Shown: positions 16,224 through 25,450, counted from the first letter of the stretch. The stretch: 40,632 nucleotides of DNA from a virus (IMGVR_UViG_3300022918_000007:1-40632); one strand, 5' to 3'. Numbers and translations: made by a program. Notes: generated by a model not told the origin, from the sequence alone.

Positions 16224-17477
16224 TTAGACCTTTCCGAGATCTGCGTCCAGTTTGGCCCACATAGGATCATTGGGATCCTCCCAGCTGGCCAGTACCTTTC
16301 CGTCCCCGGAAACGATTGGCTTATCTTCAGCTGCAGCTCCAGGCTTAGCGCCGATGATATCCACTTCGGCTTTCAGTGTAGATAGGCCTGTTTTAAGCTC
16401 TGTAACGCTTGCGGTTATCCCGGCAAGTCCTGCTGCCACCGCATTGGTAACAGCTGCAGAGATCTGCTCAGTTGTTAATGCCGGTGATGTTGCTGCTTCA
16501 GGTCTGGAATCAGCAGAAGGGACCGTCAGGGCCGCATTCACTTTTTCCCAATCTTCTGCAGACATCGTTGTAGCATCGGTAACTTCTCGTCCGAGAATCG
16601 CCGAAATTTTTACGAATTGATCTTTCATTGATTTTTTATTTGTTTGTTTATTATTGCGTAGGAAATTGAAGCGCCAGCTCATATTTTTGATATTTGATTG
16701 GACATATTGAATAGTTTCGGCCATTGATTGAATGCCATCGATCAGCCCCAGGGCAAGCGCCTTGTCGGAAGTCATTATTTTGCCTGTAAAAACAGATTTG
16801 TCGACATCCGGACGTGCGCCGAGAACAGCACTGTGAAACACTTCGTTGATAGGGTCAAGAATGCTCGTTCTCATCAACTCGTATTTTCCCTTCAGTGCTT
16901 CAGTGAACTCGAGATTTTTTTCAGTGGATTTTGTAGCGTTGATGATGTGGGTAACCATTGGCTGCTCAACGCTCGGATTAGCCGCGCGAAAAGAAGACAG
17001 CGTTCCGATAGATCCGACCAGGTCGGTTGAAACAGAAGCAAAGATTTTATCGGTCTGAGATGCTATGTAGTAGCAAGCCGAGGCGCAGGTTCCGGAGTAG
17101 TAGGAAACAATTGGTTTGGAGAAGTTCTGAATAGCGATTGCAACGTTTGGCATATAAGATGCCTCACCGCCGCCTGAGTCGAGATCCAGGATAACGGAGT
17201 GGATTGTAGGATCCTGGTCAAGTACCTGGAGCAGCGAAACGAAGCTCTTCATACCCATGTCGCCGCAGTTATCGTGCTTCATGATCACGCCGGTGATCGA
17301 CACTATCGCCGTTTTACCGCCGGCATCGGCAGCATGCGTGGTTGATGACTTGGAGGATACGTGTGTAAGGTCGACAGTTTCGCCCGCTAAGATTCTCTCA
17401 ACGATCGGCGCAAGTGATAGAGCGTAAGACTCATCAATTGCCCAGGTTCCCCTTAGAATGGAATGCAACAAATTCAT
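16224..17477 (-). CDS. S49 (SppA/ClpP-fold) prohead protease with a scaffold-like C-terminal extension
   Basis: ILDLDSGGGEA and GTCASACYYIAS motifs of S49 peptidases. The C-terminal ~140 aa are Ala-rich and helical. Confidence 0.75.
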   Translation of the reverse strand: MNLLHSILRGTWAIDESYALSLAPIVERILAGETVDLTHVSSKSSTTHAADAGGKTAIVSITGVIMKHDNCGDMGMKSFVSLLQVLDQDPTIHSVILDLDSGGGEASYMPNVAIAIQNFSKPIVSYYSGTCASACYYIASQTDKIFASVSTDLVGSIGTLSSFRAANPSVEQPMVTHIINATKSTEKNLEFTEALKGKYELMRTSILDPINEVFHSAVLGARPDVDKSVFTGKIMTSDKALALGLIDGIQSMAETIQYVQSNIKNMSWRFNFLRNNKQTNKKSMKDQFVKISAILGREVTDATTMSAEDWEKVNAALTVPSADSRPEAATSPALTTEQISAAVTNAVAAGLAGITASVTELKTGLSTLKAEVDIIGAKPGAAAEDKPIVSGDGKVLASWEDPNDPMWAKLDADLGKV

Positions 17478-17523
17478 GAAGCAAAAATCCCCACTCGCGC
17501 AGGGATTCTAAAGGACAGGAAAT
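17475..17523 (-). promoter_or_regulatory. Conserved 49-bp hairpin cassette, copy B (stem 17486-17492/17501-17507, U-tract, ATG of the protease)
   Basis: 45/49 identical to 2891-2939. The single stem substitution is a G-U wobble only in the minus-strand RNA. Confidence 0.75.
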
Positions 17524-17529
17524 AAGCGC

Positions 17530-18039
17530 CTAAATGAAGAGATTCAGCTGAGTAGCTCGTTCTTCCGGGGTTTCTTTTCTCATGACTGGAGGGTTGCGCC
17601 GGCGGTAGAACCTCTTCTGAACGGTATGGAGCGCCAGGACATCTTCCGGGATCTCGTAGTAATGGAGAAACTGAGCGATCGCAAGCTCAATGTTCTGTCC
17701 CATATCATGGCGGCGGTTGGCGAAATGGAAGAGCTCGTCATCGAAGAGCTCTTTCAGCACGGTGTCAATTCTTAATATGACATCCGGATCGATCGTAAAT
17801 TTTTTCTCCCTGGCCATTTCCGTACTCATCTCGATCTCGAGAATCGAATCGAATTTTGGATCAATCTTGAATTTCGGGCGGATGTAATCCTTTTTGATAG
17901 GTTCCAGGATCAACGCTGATATGTGACATGACTTGTTGGTGAGCTGGAAGGGCTCAACGCTTTTTTTCTTACCGATGTAGAGCTTCAGATAGTACTGAAT
18001 CGGAATTTTAACGGAGAACTTCATATAGATAGTAAGCAA
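17530..18039 (-). CDS. Hypothetical protein ending in a QLNLF clamp-binding-like motif
   Basis: 169-aa ORF (the alternative ATG at 18024 removes most of the overlap). The C-terminus is ERATQLNLFI. Confidence 0.55.
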   Translation of the reverse strand: MLTIYMKFSVKIPIQYYLKLYIGKKKSVEPFQLTNKSCHISALILEPIKKDYIRPKFKIDPKFDSILEIEMSTEMAREKKFTIDPDVILRIDTVLKELFDDELFHFANRRHDMGQNIELAIAQFLHYYEIPEDVLALHTVQKRFYRRRNPPVMRKETPEERATQLNLFI

Positions 18040-18325
18040 GTTGATCAGTTGATGAAGCGTTACTTCTGCTCATAACATGAGCAGTACATTCAGAAGCACG
18101 AACGCCTTCTGCCAGGTAAGCGAAGACATCCGGGATCAGATCAGATATCCGTACCAGGGCAATGAGCTGTACCTGGTACTCGATATCCGTTTCGGGATCG
18201 TAGATCGTTACGGGAATTGGGAAGTGAGATGAGTTTAGCCGGCCGGCTTTATACCGGGCAATATGGCTCACAAAACCACTTAGGATTTTAATAGTCGCGT
18301 TTGGGACAGGTATGACTTTTTCCAT
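18008..18325 (-). CDS. Hypothetical protein, first gene downstream of the repeat region
   Basis: 105-aa ORF. Confidence 0.5.
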   Translation of the reverse strand: MEKVIPVPNATIKILSGFVSHIARYKAGRLNSSHFPIPVTIYDPETDIEYQVQLIALVRISDLIPDVFAYLAEGVRASECTAHVMSRSNASSTDQLAYYLYEVLR

Positions 18326-18369
18326 TCTCCCACTAAATTATCTAAAATTGCCGATAAAAAACCATAAAT

Positions 18370-18387
18370 GGAACAAAAAGGAAACAC
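18370..18387 (-). promoter_or_regulatory. Partial copy of the GAAAC/A-tract promoter element
   Basis: The minus strand GTGTTTCCTTTTTGTTCC shares 17/18 positions with the 10639-10656 unit. It lies between the octamer array and the ATG at 18325. Confidence 0.45.
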
Positions 18388-18400
18388 ATTTGGGAAAAAC

Positions 18401-18674
18401 GTGCTAACGTGCTAACATTTTTCATTAAACTGAGCATCAGTGTAATTACAAAATAGAGTTTTTAGCCGAAATCGGCTGTAACCATAATGTTTATAAAGGT
18501 TAGCACGCAATTAACCATTCGTGCTACCACCGTGCTAACCGTGCTAACCGAAAAACAGGCGTGCTAACACCGTGCTAACGGCGTGCTAACAGGTGTATAT
18601 AGATGTATATTATTGATATATAGTATAATATATACTTACTACACCCTACGGTTAGCACGTTAGCACGTTAGCAC
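18401..18674. repeat. Array of 12 CGTGCTA(A/C)C octamers: 8 forward, 4 inverted
   Basis: GTGCTAAC at 18401, 18409, 18532, 18541, 18561, 18572 and 18583. GTGCTACC at 18521. GTTAGCAC at 18499, 18651, 18659 and 18667. Confidence 0.9.
18592..18645. other. AT-rich core (6/42 G+C) bracketed by the inverted hexamers GGTGTA/TACACC
   Basis: ggtgta-tatagatgtatattattgatatatagtataatatatacttac-tacacc, lying between the convergent octamer clusters. Confidence 0.8.
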
Positions 18675-18761
18675 GGTATTCGTGTCAAAATTAAAAACAC
18701 CATTTTTTAGTGTCCTATAAAAATTACTTTAGACTCCTCTTAAATTTTGGGATTTCAATAA

Positions 18762-19349
18762 TTACTGAATTCCGGTCATAAACCTTTTCAGATAGTCATC
18801 CGTCCTTCGTAACCAGCCAGCTTTGTTAATTGCATTCTTGCCGATGGCAATGCTGATCAGGAATTTTTTACGTTCAACAACGATCGCCTGGATAAGCGTT
18901 TTCGGATCGATCGCGTTTGCTGCAGCAAGGGTAAGATTGCCTATATTGCCATCATCCTCTAACACTTTTTTTCCTTTCAGATTATTAATCGCTCGCTGCA
19001 GTGTTTTTACCCCGCGATCCGGGCCAGACATCCAGGACATATCCGTAACAACAGCTGCAACGTTGATGCTTTTGAATGAATCAAATTTCACAGGATTTGC
19101 AAAACGGGTTTTGAATACAAAAAACCAGTCTTCATCGGACATTGCAAAGAATCGTTGATCCTGATTCTTTCCGAATACGCCCACCCACGTTCCGTAAGTT
19201 ATTCCTTTGACTGTATGCCAGCCGTATTGACCGTCAAATGGCGTTGGACAAGGATACTTGGATGCATTATCCGTTGTTCTTCTTCCCATGGGTTTGGTGC
19301 GAACACCTTCCCATTCCTGGCACAGCCAGATATAATACTCAATAGTCAT
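18762..19349 (-). CDS. Putative endolysin (GH108-like lysozyme with a PG_binding_3-like domain)
   Basis: WEG...KGITYGTW resembles the GH108 N-terminus. LEDDGNIGNLTLAAANA resembles the peptidoglycan-binding domain 3 motif. Confidence 0.5.
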   Translation of the reverse strand: MTIEYYIWLCQEWEGVRTKPMGRRTTDNASKYPCPTPFDGQYGWHTVKGITYGTWVGVFGKNQDQRFFAMSDEDWFFVFKTRFANPVKFDSFKSINVAAVVTDMSWMSGPDRGVKTLQRAINNLKGKKVLEDDGNIGNLTLAAANAIDPKTLIQAIVVERKKFLISIAIGKNAINKAGWLRRTDDYLKRFMTGIQ

Positions 19350-19912
19350 TAAAAACTGATTTGTTCGATAATTGGCTCTCCGGCCGAGACACCGAAAGGT
19401 TCGCTGTAGCCGGTCATTTTACCGAGGATTTTTCCTCCGGCCAAGTAAATGGCTTTTGGTGTTTTATACTGCGCACCTTCGATGCCTGCGCAATTGGCAA
19501 TAAATTCAGAACAGAACTGCCGCTGATCCTGCCGGCGTTTACTGCTACCCAGCCAAATCCCGCGACGCAGGTAGATGAACATCCATATCAGGCCGGTGAA
19601 GTCATATTTAATGATGCCTTCGCAGCCTTCAGCGTAAGAGATCATTCGTTGTCGTTTGGATGTGTAATAGCTGTTCTCCTGGATCCAGGCGTCGAACCTG
19701 GTAGCAAACTTCCAGTTGAATAGTGGCTGGATCTGCACGCGGCCTGTTGTAGCCTCTGCCTGGCGCCAGTGACCAAACTTGAAATAGATAAACCCGACAT
19801 GATCCGGCTTCCCGGAGATCTTCCTGATCAGGAAGGATATCCACGACTTTGGATCCAGCAGCCGAAGCTTCCTGGTGCAAAGCAGAACGTATACTTTATC
19901 CTGGTCCAGCAT
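19349..19912 (-). CDS. Putative permuted papain-fold (YiiX/C92, NlpC/P60 superfamily) cell-wall peptidase
   Basis: PDHVGFIY (His) and QFCSEFIANC (Cys) resemble the catalytic motifs of this family. Confidence 0.4.
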   Translation of the reverse strand: MLDQDKVYVLLCTRKLRLLDPKSWISFLIRKISGKPDHVGFIYFKFGHWRQAEATTGRVQIQPLFNWKFATRFDAWIQENSYYTSKRQRMISYAEGCEGIIKYDFTGLIWMFIYLRRGIWLGSSKRRQDQRQFCSEFIANCAGIEGAQYKTPKAIYLAGGKILGKMTGYSEPFGVSAGEPIIEQISF

Positions 19913-20301
19913 CAGGTCAGCGGTGTTGGTTGCGGAGTACGGAGCTCGCCCAGAAATGCGACTTCTGCAGCTTCGAGCTGGGTGATCGTAATGATCACCT
20001 TTTTTGCCACATCGTCGAACATTTGATCCCAGCTTTGATAGTTCCCTGGAGAACTTTCTTCCTTATCGATCAGAAGCATGCCGCCGGTAAAAAATTTACC
20101 CTCCTTTTCCCACTCAGCAATGTCGGTCAGCGTAATCGGTGGTTTTCCCTGGAGGAAAGATTCCTCGTTGTAGTAAACCGCGAAGGAGCCGCATTGCGCC
20201 AGCTGGTCCCAGTCGGTTGTAAGCTGATATTTCACCACCGCACCTGGTGGGATCGTTCCTCCGGAGATCCGGGTAAGTTCCTTGTTTATTATTAACGTCA
20301 T
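19912..20301 (-). CDS. Hypothetical protein downstream of the tail fibre
   Basis: Start set to the ATG at 20301, which forms an ATGA overlap with the upstream stop. 129 aa. Confidence 0.5.
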   Translation of the reverse strand: MTLIINKELTRISGGTIPPGAVVKYQLTTDWDQLAQCGSFAVYYNEESFLQGKPPITLTDIAEWEKEGKFFTGGMLLIDKEESSPGNYQSWDQMFDDVAKKVIITITQLEAAEVAFLGELRTPQPTPLT

Positions 20302-21134
20302 ATTACGGTTGTTTGTGTACGGATATCGCACCAGCTGCTGCCGTCCCAGAAGCAGAGGGTTCTTTCATTATTGCCCGCGCCAGCATTATGGACAGTTATC
20401 CAGGCTACATATCCTCCGGGAGCTGATGTTGAAGGAAGAGCCGATTTGGAAAAGGATCCTCTAAGATTAATCCCGGCAAATTTACTCGAGTAACCAGCGG
20501 ACGGAGTGTGAATCGCCTGGAAAACTATACCGCCGTCATTGCCATAACCAACAATCGGATAGTCCGCCTCTGATTGAATTCCTATACCTGATCCAGCCGT
20601 ATTATTCACCTGGAGGCAAAGTGCTGTGCTCGTCTGAAAAACGCCAGCTCTTCCGGAAGACATGAACACCTGTACGCCGGTTCCTGTCGCGCCTGCCATC
20701 TTTAACGCTACTCCGGTTTCCGGAGAAGTTCCAAAAGCTACAGGCCCATTAAAACGCGCACCAAGATCGTCGTAGATTTCAGCGGCCACAGATCCGGCGC
20801 CGTTACGGGAAACGAAGTTCCTGGTGGATCCTGTGGTTCCGGAGCCGGTGATATCAAATGTTCCGTTCCCGGACGGCGGCGCCACACCACCCGCGTTGAG
20901 CTTTAACTGGCTGGCATTGGTGAATGAAAGCTTGAAGCCGTTGAAATTAAGGACACGAATTCCGGACATATCCAGGTTCGTATTTCCTATATTTTCGCTG
21001 CCGGAATTGTAACAGTTGAGAATGATCTGTCTTAAGACCTCATTTTCTATCGACCCAGTAATAGCTCTGCGGCCATTGGTGTTAATGCTCGCATCGAGCA
21101 GGTCTAATAATTGCGCCTGAGAAAGTGTTGCCAT
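20298..21134 (-). CDS. Putative tail fibre / receptor-binding protein
   Basis: 278 aa. Gly/Ser/Thr/Asn-rich, beta-helix-like repeats (GSGTTGST, GATGTGVQV, TAGSGIGIQ). Confidence 0.5.
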   Translation of the reverse strand: MATLSQAQLLDLLDASINTNGRRAITGSIENEVLRQIILNCYNSGSENIGNTNLDMSGIRVLNFNGFKLSFTNASQLKLNAGGVAPPSGNGTFDITGSGTTGSTRNFVSRNGAGSVAAEIYDDLGARFNGPVAFGTSPETGVALKMAGATGTGVQVFMSSGRAGVFQTSTALCLQVNNTAGSGIGIQSEADYPIVGYGNDGGIVFQAIHTPSAGYSSKFAGINLRGSFSKSALPSTSAPGGYVAWITVHNAGAGNNERTLCFWDGSSWCDIRTQTTVI

Positions 21135-21137
21135 GCT

Positions 21138-23009
21138 TTAAGAAAAATCTGAGCTAAAATCGTCGTTATAGTCTCCCCTGGAAAGGACACGCCGGGGCAC
21201 CTTAAAATTGCAGCTCACCGGTTCCAATCCCTGGTTGGTGATGGTCCCCGAGATCTTGGCCAGGTAGCCAACAATATTCCCGCGCCGGTCCTCAATGATA
21301 TGCTTGATACTTTCGAATTCCCGCATTTTTTCAAGCTGATGAGGAGCGAGCTGCATAGTCCTTGTAATCGAATCTGCGTTATCAAACAGCTTAAAGTAGT
21401 ACTCAAGCCAATTGTCGTAAGTGCCATTGTTTTCAGCCAGATAGAGGCTCGTTCCGAAAAAGTGTTCAAAGCCGGTGGTCATGTTCCTGGTATCCCAGGT
21501 TGTTTTATCCCAGGAGTATGGCCAGCAGGTGATATAAGTCTCTTCGTGCGGCTCCCCGTCTCCATCTAGGTACTTGCGCGCCGTATCGAATCTACCCCGG
21601 TAATAACCAATGTTCAGCCGTTCCTGGCGTTTATCACCGTTGGCGGTTCCGAAGCTCTGGATCCCGAATGGAAAAATGAACCTGGGCATAAATTCCCCGA
21701 ACCCACGCCTGGTCAAATCGGTTCCGGCCAGGTATTGCGCCCGGTCCTGATCATAGCCTTCGGTCACAAAGAAATTCGATTTCATCGGGTAGTGGGTGAT
21801 CGGGAATTCCTGGTTGACATCCTCCGGATTTTCGAATACAGATCTCCCAGAATGATCCAGCTGGAAATCGTTCCCGCCGGTTACGGCATAGTCCCAGATT
21901 GGCAGGAATATTTTCTTTAGATCGTTTTCTTCAGCTGCTTCGTAAAAGACATGCGGTGAGCTTCCGTCGCTGAGCTCGGAGTTGAGCTCGCTGGTAAAGT
22001 ACCTACTCATATTGACCGGCTTCCTGGACAGGATTTCTTTGTATGTTCTGAAATGCACCTTTCCCTTGGAAACTATTACCATCGCTCCGTAAGCTTCGTT
22101 GAGCATATTGAAGATTGACATCACATTCACATCCGGAACAAAATCCTGGAGGCGGAACGATCCGCCATGTACGTTCAGTTTGTAAGGAGTGCTTCCCGGT
22201 CCTAGAGTACTGTAGCTTTTGTTATCATCCAGCACGACTCCGGAGAAAGTAACCAGCTGCTGCAGCTCCACATCCTGGAGGAGATCTCCGGTGGCGATCC
22301 GGATCCCGAAAAAGTCGAAGATCTTCTGCAGCAGGTAGATGATCCTGGGGCACGGAGACACGGTGAACGGCCACCACTGATCCTGAGGACTGTTCAGGTC
22401 AACATCCAAAACTCCCCAGCTGGAGAGGAAATCGCCTTCGGCCATCGCGTTAACGACAAACTGGTTTCGGCGATGCAGCATGTTTTGCTCACCATAGCTT
22501 CCGTCGTAGCCGGCGGTGTAGATCTGCGGATACTTGTGAGAGCCTTCAGTGGGCGCTTCCAGGAACATTCGAAGGAACTGCTCATTGTGCCAGGCGTCGA
22601 GCCGCTCGTTGGCCGTAGCCGTCTCTTCATCGTACAGGACAACCGAATCCATAGGGATGTCTTTTAATAGCTTGTCAGTACAGCGCTGCGCGAAATCAAT
22701 TCCGTCGGATATCACAGTAACCGAAAACGCCTTGCCGCCGGTATCTGAGGTCACCTTCGCAATTCCGGACATGAGCGTCGAGCCCTGGACAATCAGCTTG
22801 AAGTCGTAAGAATGTTTTTTCTGAACATCGATACGATTGCTGTGGCTAAATCTTTTTTTGTTTCCTGGAGAAAACGGAAGACTGAAGCTAAAGGTGTATT
22901 CGGTATTCATTTTGGAATCAGAAAACATCGGGTTGATGAATTCAAATTCAATGCTAAAGTCGCCGTAATCGGCAGGCTGGTTGTCGAAGAGGATCTGTAT
23001 GTTCTTCAT
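21138..23009 (-). CDS. Tail/baseplate structural protein
   Basis: 623-aa ORF in the tail-tip cluster, overlapping the upstream gene by 1 nt. Confidence 0.5.
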   Translation of the reverse strand: MKNIQILFDNQPADYGDFSIEFEFINPMFSDSKMNTEYTFSFSLPFSPGNKKRFSHSNRIDVQKKHSYDFKLIVQGSTLMSGIAKVTSDTGGKAFSVTVISDGIDFAQRCTDKLLKDIPMDSVVLYDEETATANERLDAWHNEQFLRMFLEAPTEGSHKYPQIYTAGYDGSYGEQNMLHRRNQFVVNAMAEGDFLSSWGVLDVDLNSPQDQWWPFTVSPCPRIIYLLQKIFDFFGIRIATGDLLQDVELQQLVTFSGVVLDDNKSYSTLGPGSTPYKLNVHGGSFRLQDFVPDVNVMSIFNMLNEAYGAMVIVSKGKVHFRTYKEILSRKPVNMSRYFTSELNSELSDGSSPHVFYEAAEENDLKKIFLPIWDYAVTGGNDFQLDHSGRSVFENPEDVNQEFPITHYPMKSNFFVTEGYDQDRAQYLAGTDLTRRGFGEFMPRFIFPFGIQSFGTANGDKRQERLNIGYYRGRFDTARKYLDGDGEPHEETYITCWPYSWDKTTWDTRNMTTGFEHFFGTSLYLAENNGTYDNWLEYYFKLFDNADSITRTMQLAPHQLEKMREFESIKHIIEDRRGNIVGYLAKISGTITNQGLEPVSCNFKVPRRVLSRGDYNDDFSSDFS

Positions 23010-25450
23010 CAGCTTATACTAAAACTAAATCCATAATCGGCCGAAAGTCCTTCACCGGTGTAAATGCCGGCTCCGTCGATCATTGCCTGTGCCTTGCTGG
23101 AAAACGCAGTAGGCCCGCAGCCGGTGAATGTTACTTCCGGTAAGTGGAGGAAATGCTTCCGGTATTGCCAGATCTCGGCTATCAACGCATCAACAGAATC
23201 AATAGACAGGGAAAGATCATCGAGGGTAATCAGCAGCAGCTGTGGCATGATGCCTATTTCGATAGCGGAAATTGACATTCCGTTCAGTACCAGGATCTTC
23301 ATTTCTGCGAGTCCATTCAAGTATAATTTACCAGCGATCCCGGCACCTGCCAGGTTTAAATACTGCAGGTTTTTCAGTCGTTTGAAATCCATGCCGATCA
23401 GTTGCATGTTGCCGGTTCCAAAAGTGATGATATCGTCGAAGCACGGCTTCTTCAGTATCAGCTGCTTTTCACCGGTTATTGCTACGGATTTACTGTAATC
23501 ATCCAGCGTGCTGGTATAGTTCACTGTATCCGGAGCGGCGCCGGTTCCCCAGTCAATGGAAATAGATGCGGCCGGCAGGGAAGATTGCAACCCGAGGGAC
23601 ACGGTACCGGTGGCTGTGTAGTAGGCGAAGATCCGTTCATGTGTAAAGCTGCTGGTAATCGTAACTACATGCTGAGAACCTGCAGCATCGATAACAGTTA
23701 CCCGGGCATCGTATGTTTTTTCATCGGTTAACGCCGGGTCGCAAACGTAGGCCTTCAGATCGGTATCCCAATTTGCATCCTGAACGAACACCCCTCCGGA
23801 AGAGATCTGCAGCTGATCATAATCAGCGATCGTAAGACCGTTTTCTTCCAGGTCAAATTGCACTATTCCACAAGCGTAAACCGGCTTCAACTGCGGGATG
23901 AGCGAATAAAAGCTTGCGCGATCGTTCTCGTTGGCCAGTAGCAGCTCCACCTCGAGCTCGGTGGTAAACTCCGATTCTATCTTTACTACCTTTTTCTCCG
24001 TCATTACGATCGCCGGCACCCATCTTTCGTTATCCTGCCAGGCGAATGCAACCAGTGTATTAAGCATCGACTGGAGGCGGTAGGCTTCCTGTTTGAGAAT
24101 CCTGGGCGTTTCGGTCTTAATCGCGTTACGATGTGTCGAGTCGAAAATAAACGAACCTGGCCGAAGGCGGTAGTTATTGAACTGCATCGACCGGTCGGCC
24201 ATCTGGCTATTAACCTGCATCGACTCTTCCCAGACGCCGGTTGTGGAGAACGTTTCCGCTACTCCGAAGGAATTGTAATACATGATCTGGTTTTGCACGC
24301 AGGAGCTCACATCTGTATAGTAGGTCATCAGTGGCGAAACGTTATTTGGCCCACTGCGTATTACGATGGCCCACTTGATAAACGATTCTCCTGGTGCCAG
24401 CATCGATTCCAGGTCCAGCTGCTGATAGCCCACAGGGATGGTGATCGACTCCCAGCGCTGCAGTGTCTGCGTTCCCAGTAGTACATCCTGGGCGCCGGTG
24501 TTTTTGTAAAGCACCAGGTAAATGCTGAAGTCCTGCTGAATGCCGGTGTTCATCCAGCTTAGCCAGTCCTGCTGCGATTTATACAATCGCTTCCCGGACG
24601 GCATCCAGGTCAAGAATTGGTTATTGGACTGAAGATATGCCAGCGGCTCTCCCAGCAGTTGATCATTGGTAGACACGCCGCCCCAATGAGCGAACAACGT
24701 TTTGGTTGTTGTTTTTTCGCCGGCAGAATTACCCGTCCAGGATTCCAGGAACTCGACATAATACCGTCGGAGGTTCCGCGCCGTCTCGATCGCTTGCGCC
24801 GGCATTGGGACTTCATTCCAACCGGCTTCAATCTCGCTATCGATCACATTTCCGATCTCGAGCTGAGCAATACTGCTTTCATCCGGGATGCAATTCATGT
24901 TCGCTACGAGCTCGAATGATCCGGATAGATACTCCCGCTCGAAGTAAACCATTGCCCGCATGCTGTAATCCTGTCGTTCCTCCGGGTCGTTGACAAGCTC
25001 CTGAACGGTATGCTTGATCTTTGGCGTGCCTGGTTGGTTCGTTTCCAGGTTCATCGGGATAAGCTCCCTGAGCGCTTGCCTGGCCACCACATGCACAAAG
25101 ACGTCATCAGTGTAGATCTCGTAGAAGGCATTCAGTTCAGGGATTTCCTTCAGGCGCTGAGCTACTGCAACAGCGTAGGCATATCGTGGGCCGGAAAAAG
25201 CCCAGACGGGCAACGATCCAATGAACACGTTGTTGCTTGTGGCAATGTAGATCTTCACCAGCTCCTGCGTTTCCGGGTTGGTGAAGCTCCACCGGAAATG
25301 AATTCCGGCAGTTGGATAAGTCGCATTGATCTCGAACGTTATTCCAGGGAAAACGCGTTTCGATGGATACTGCATGTTCGTTTGAACCTTGAACCCGATC
25401 GGGTTCTTCGTGAATGAGCACGCATACGGCTCTTTGATTATACTGATCAT
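23009..25450 (-). CDS. Large tail-tip protein with a leucine-rich-repeat-like C-terminal region
   Basis: 813 aa. LKNLQYLNLAGAGI, LAEMKILVLNGMSI and MPQLLLITLDDLSL near the C-terminus. Confidence 0.5.
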   Translation of the reverse strand: MISIIKEPYACSFTKNPIGFKVQTNMQYPSKRVFPGITFEINATYPTAGIHFRWSFTNPETQELVKIYIATSNNVFIGSLPVWAFSGPRYAYAVAVAQRLKEIPELNAFYEIYTDDVFVHVVARQALRELIPMNLETNQPGTPKIKHTVQELVNDPEERQDYSMRAMVYFEREYLSGSFELVANMNCIPDESSIAQLEIGNVIDSEIEAGWNEVPMPAQAIETARNLRRYYVEFLESWTGNSAGEKTTTKTLFAHWGGVSTNDQLLGEPLAYLQSNNQFLTWMPSGKRLYKSQQDWLSWMNTGIQQDFSIYLVLYKNTGAQDVLLGTQTLQRWESITIPVGYQQLDLESMLAPGESFIKWAIVIRSGPNNVSPLMTYYTDVSSCVQNQIMYYNSFGVAETFSTTGVWEESMQVNSQMADRSMQFNNYRLRPGSFIFDSTHRNAIKTETPRILKQEAYRLQSMLNTLVAFAWQDNERWVPAIVMTEKKVVKIESEFTTELEVELLLANENDRASFYSLIPQLKPVYACGIVQFDLEENGLTIADYDQLQISSGGVFVQDANWDTDLKAYVCDPALTDEKTYDARVTVIDAAGSQHVVTITSSFTHERIFAYYTATGTVSLGLQSSLPAASISIDWGTGAAPDTVNYTSTLDDYSKSVAITGEKQLILKKPCFDDIITFGTGNMQLIGMDFKRLKNLQYLNLAGAGIAGKLYLNGLAEMKILVLNGMSISAIEIGIMPQLLLITLDDLSLSIDSVDALIAEIWQYRKHFLHLPEVTFTGCGPTAFSSKAQAMIDGAGIYTGEGLSADYGFSFSIS

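Noticed and set aside
18401-18674. Possibility that the octamer array is a CRISPR array.
   Set aside because: The units are only 8-9 bp and partly abut each other. They occur in both orientations, have no regular spacers, and no cas genes are present.
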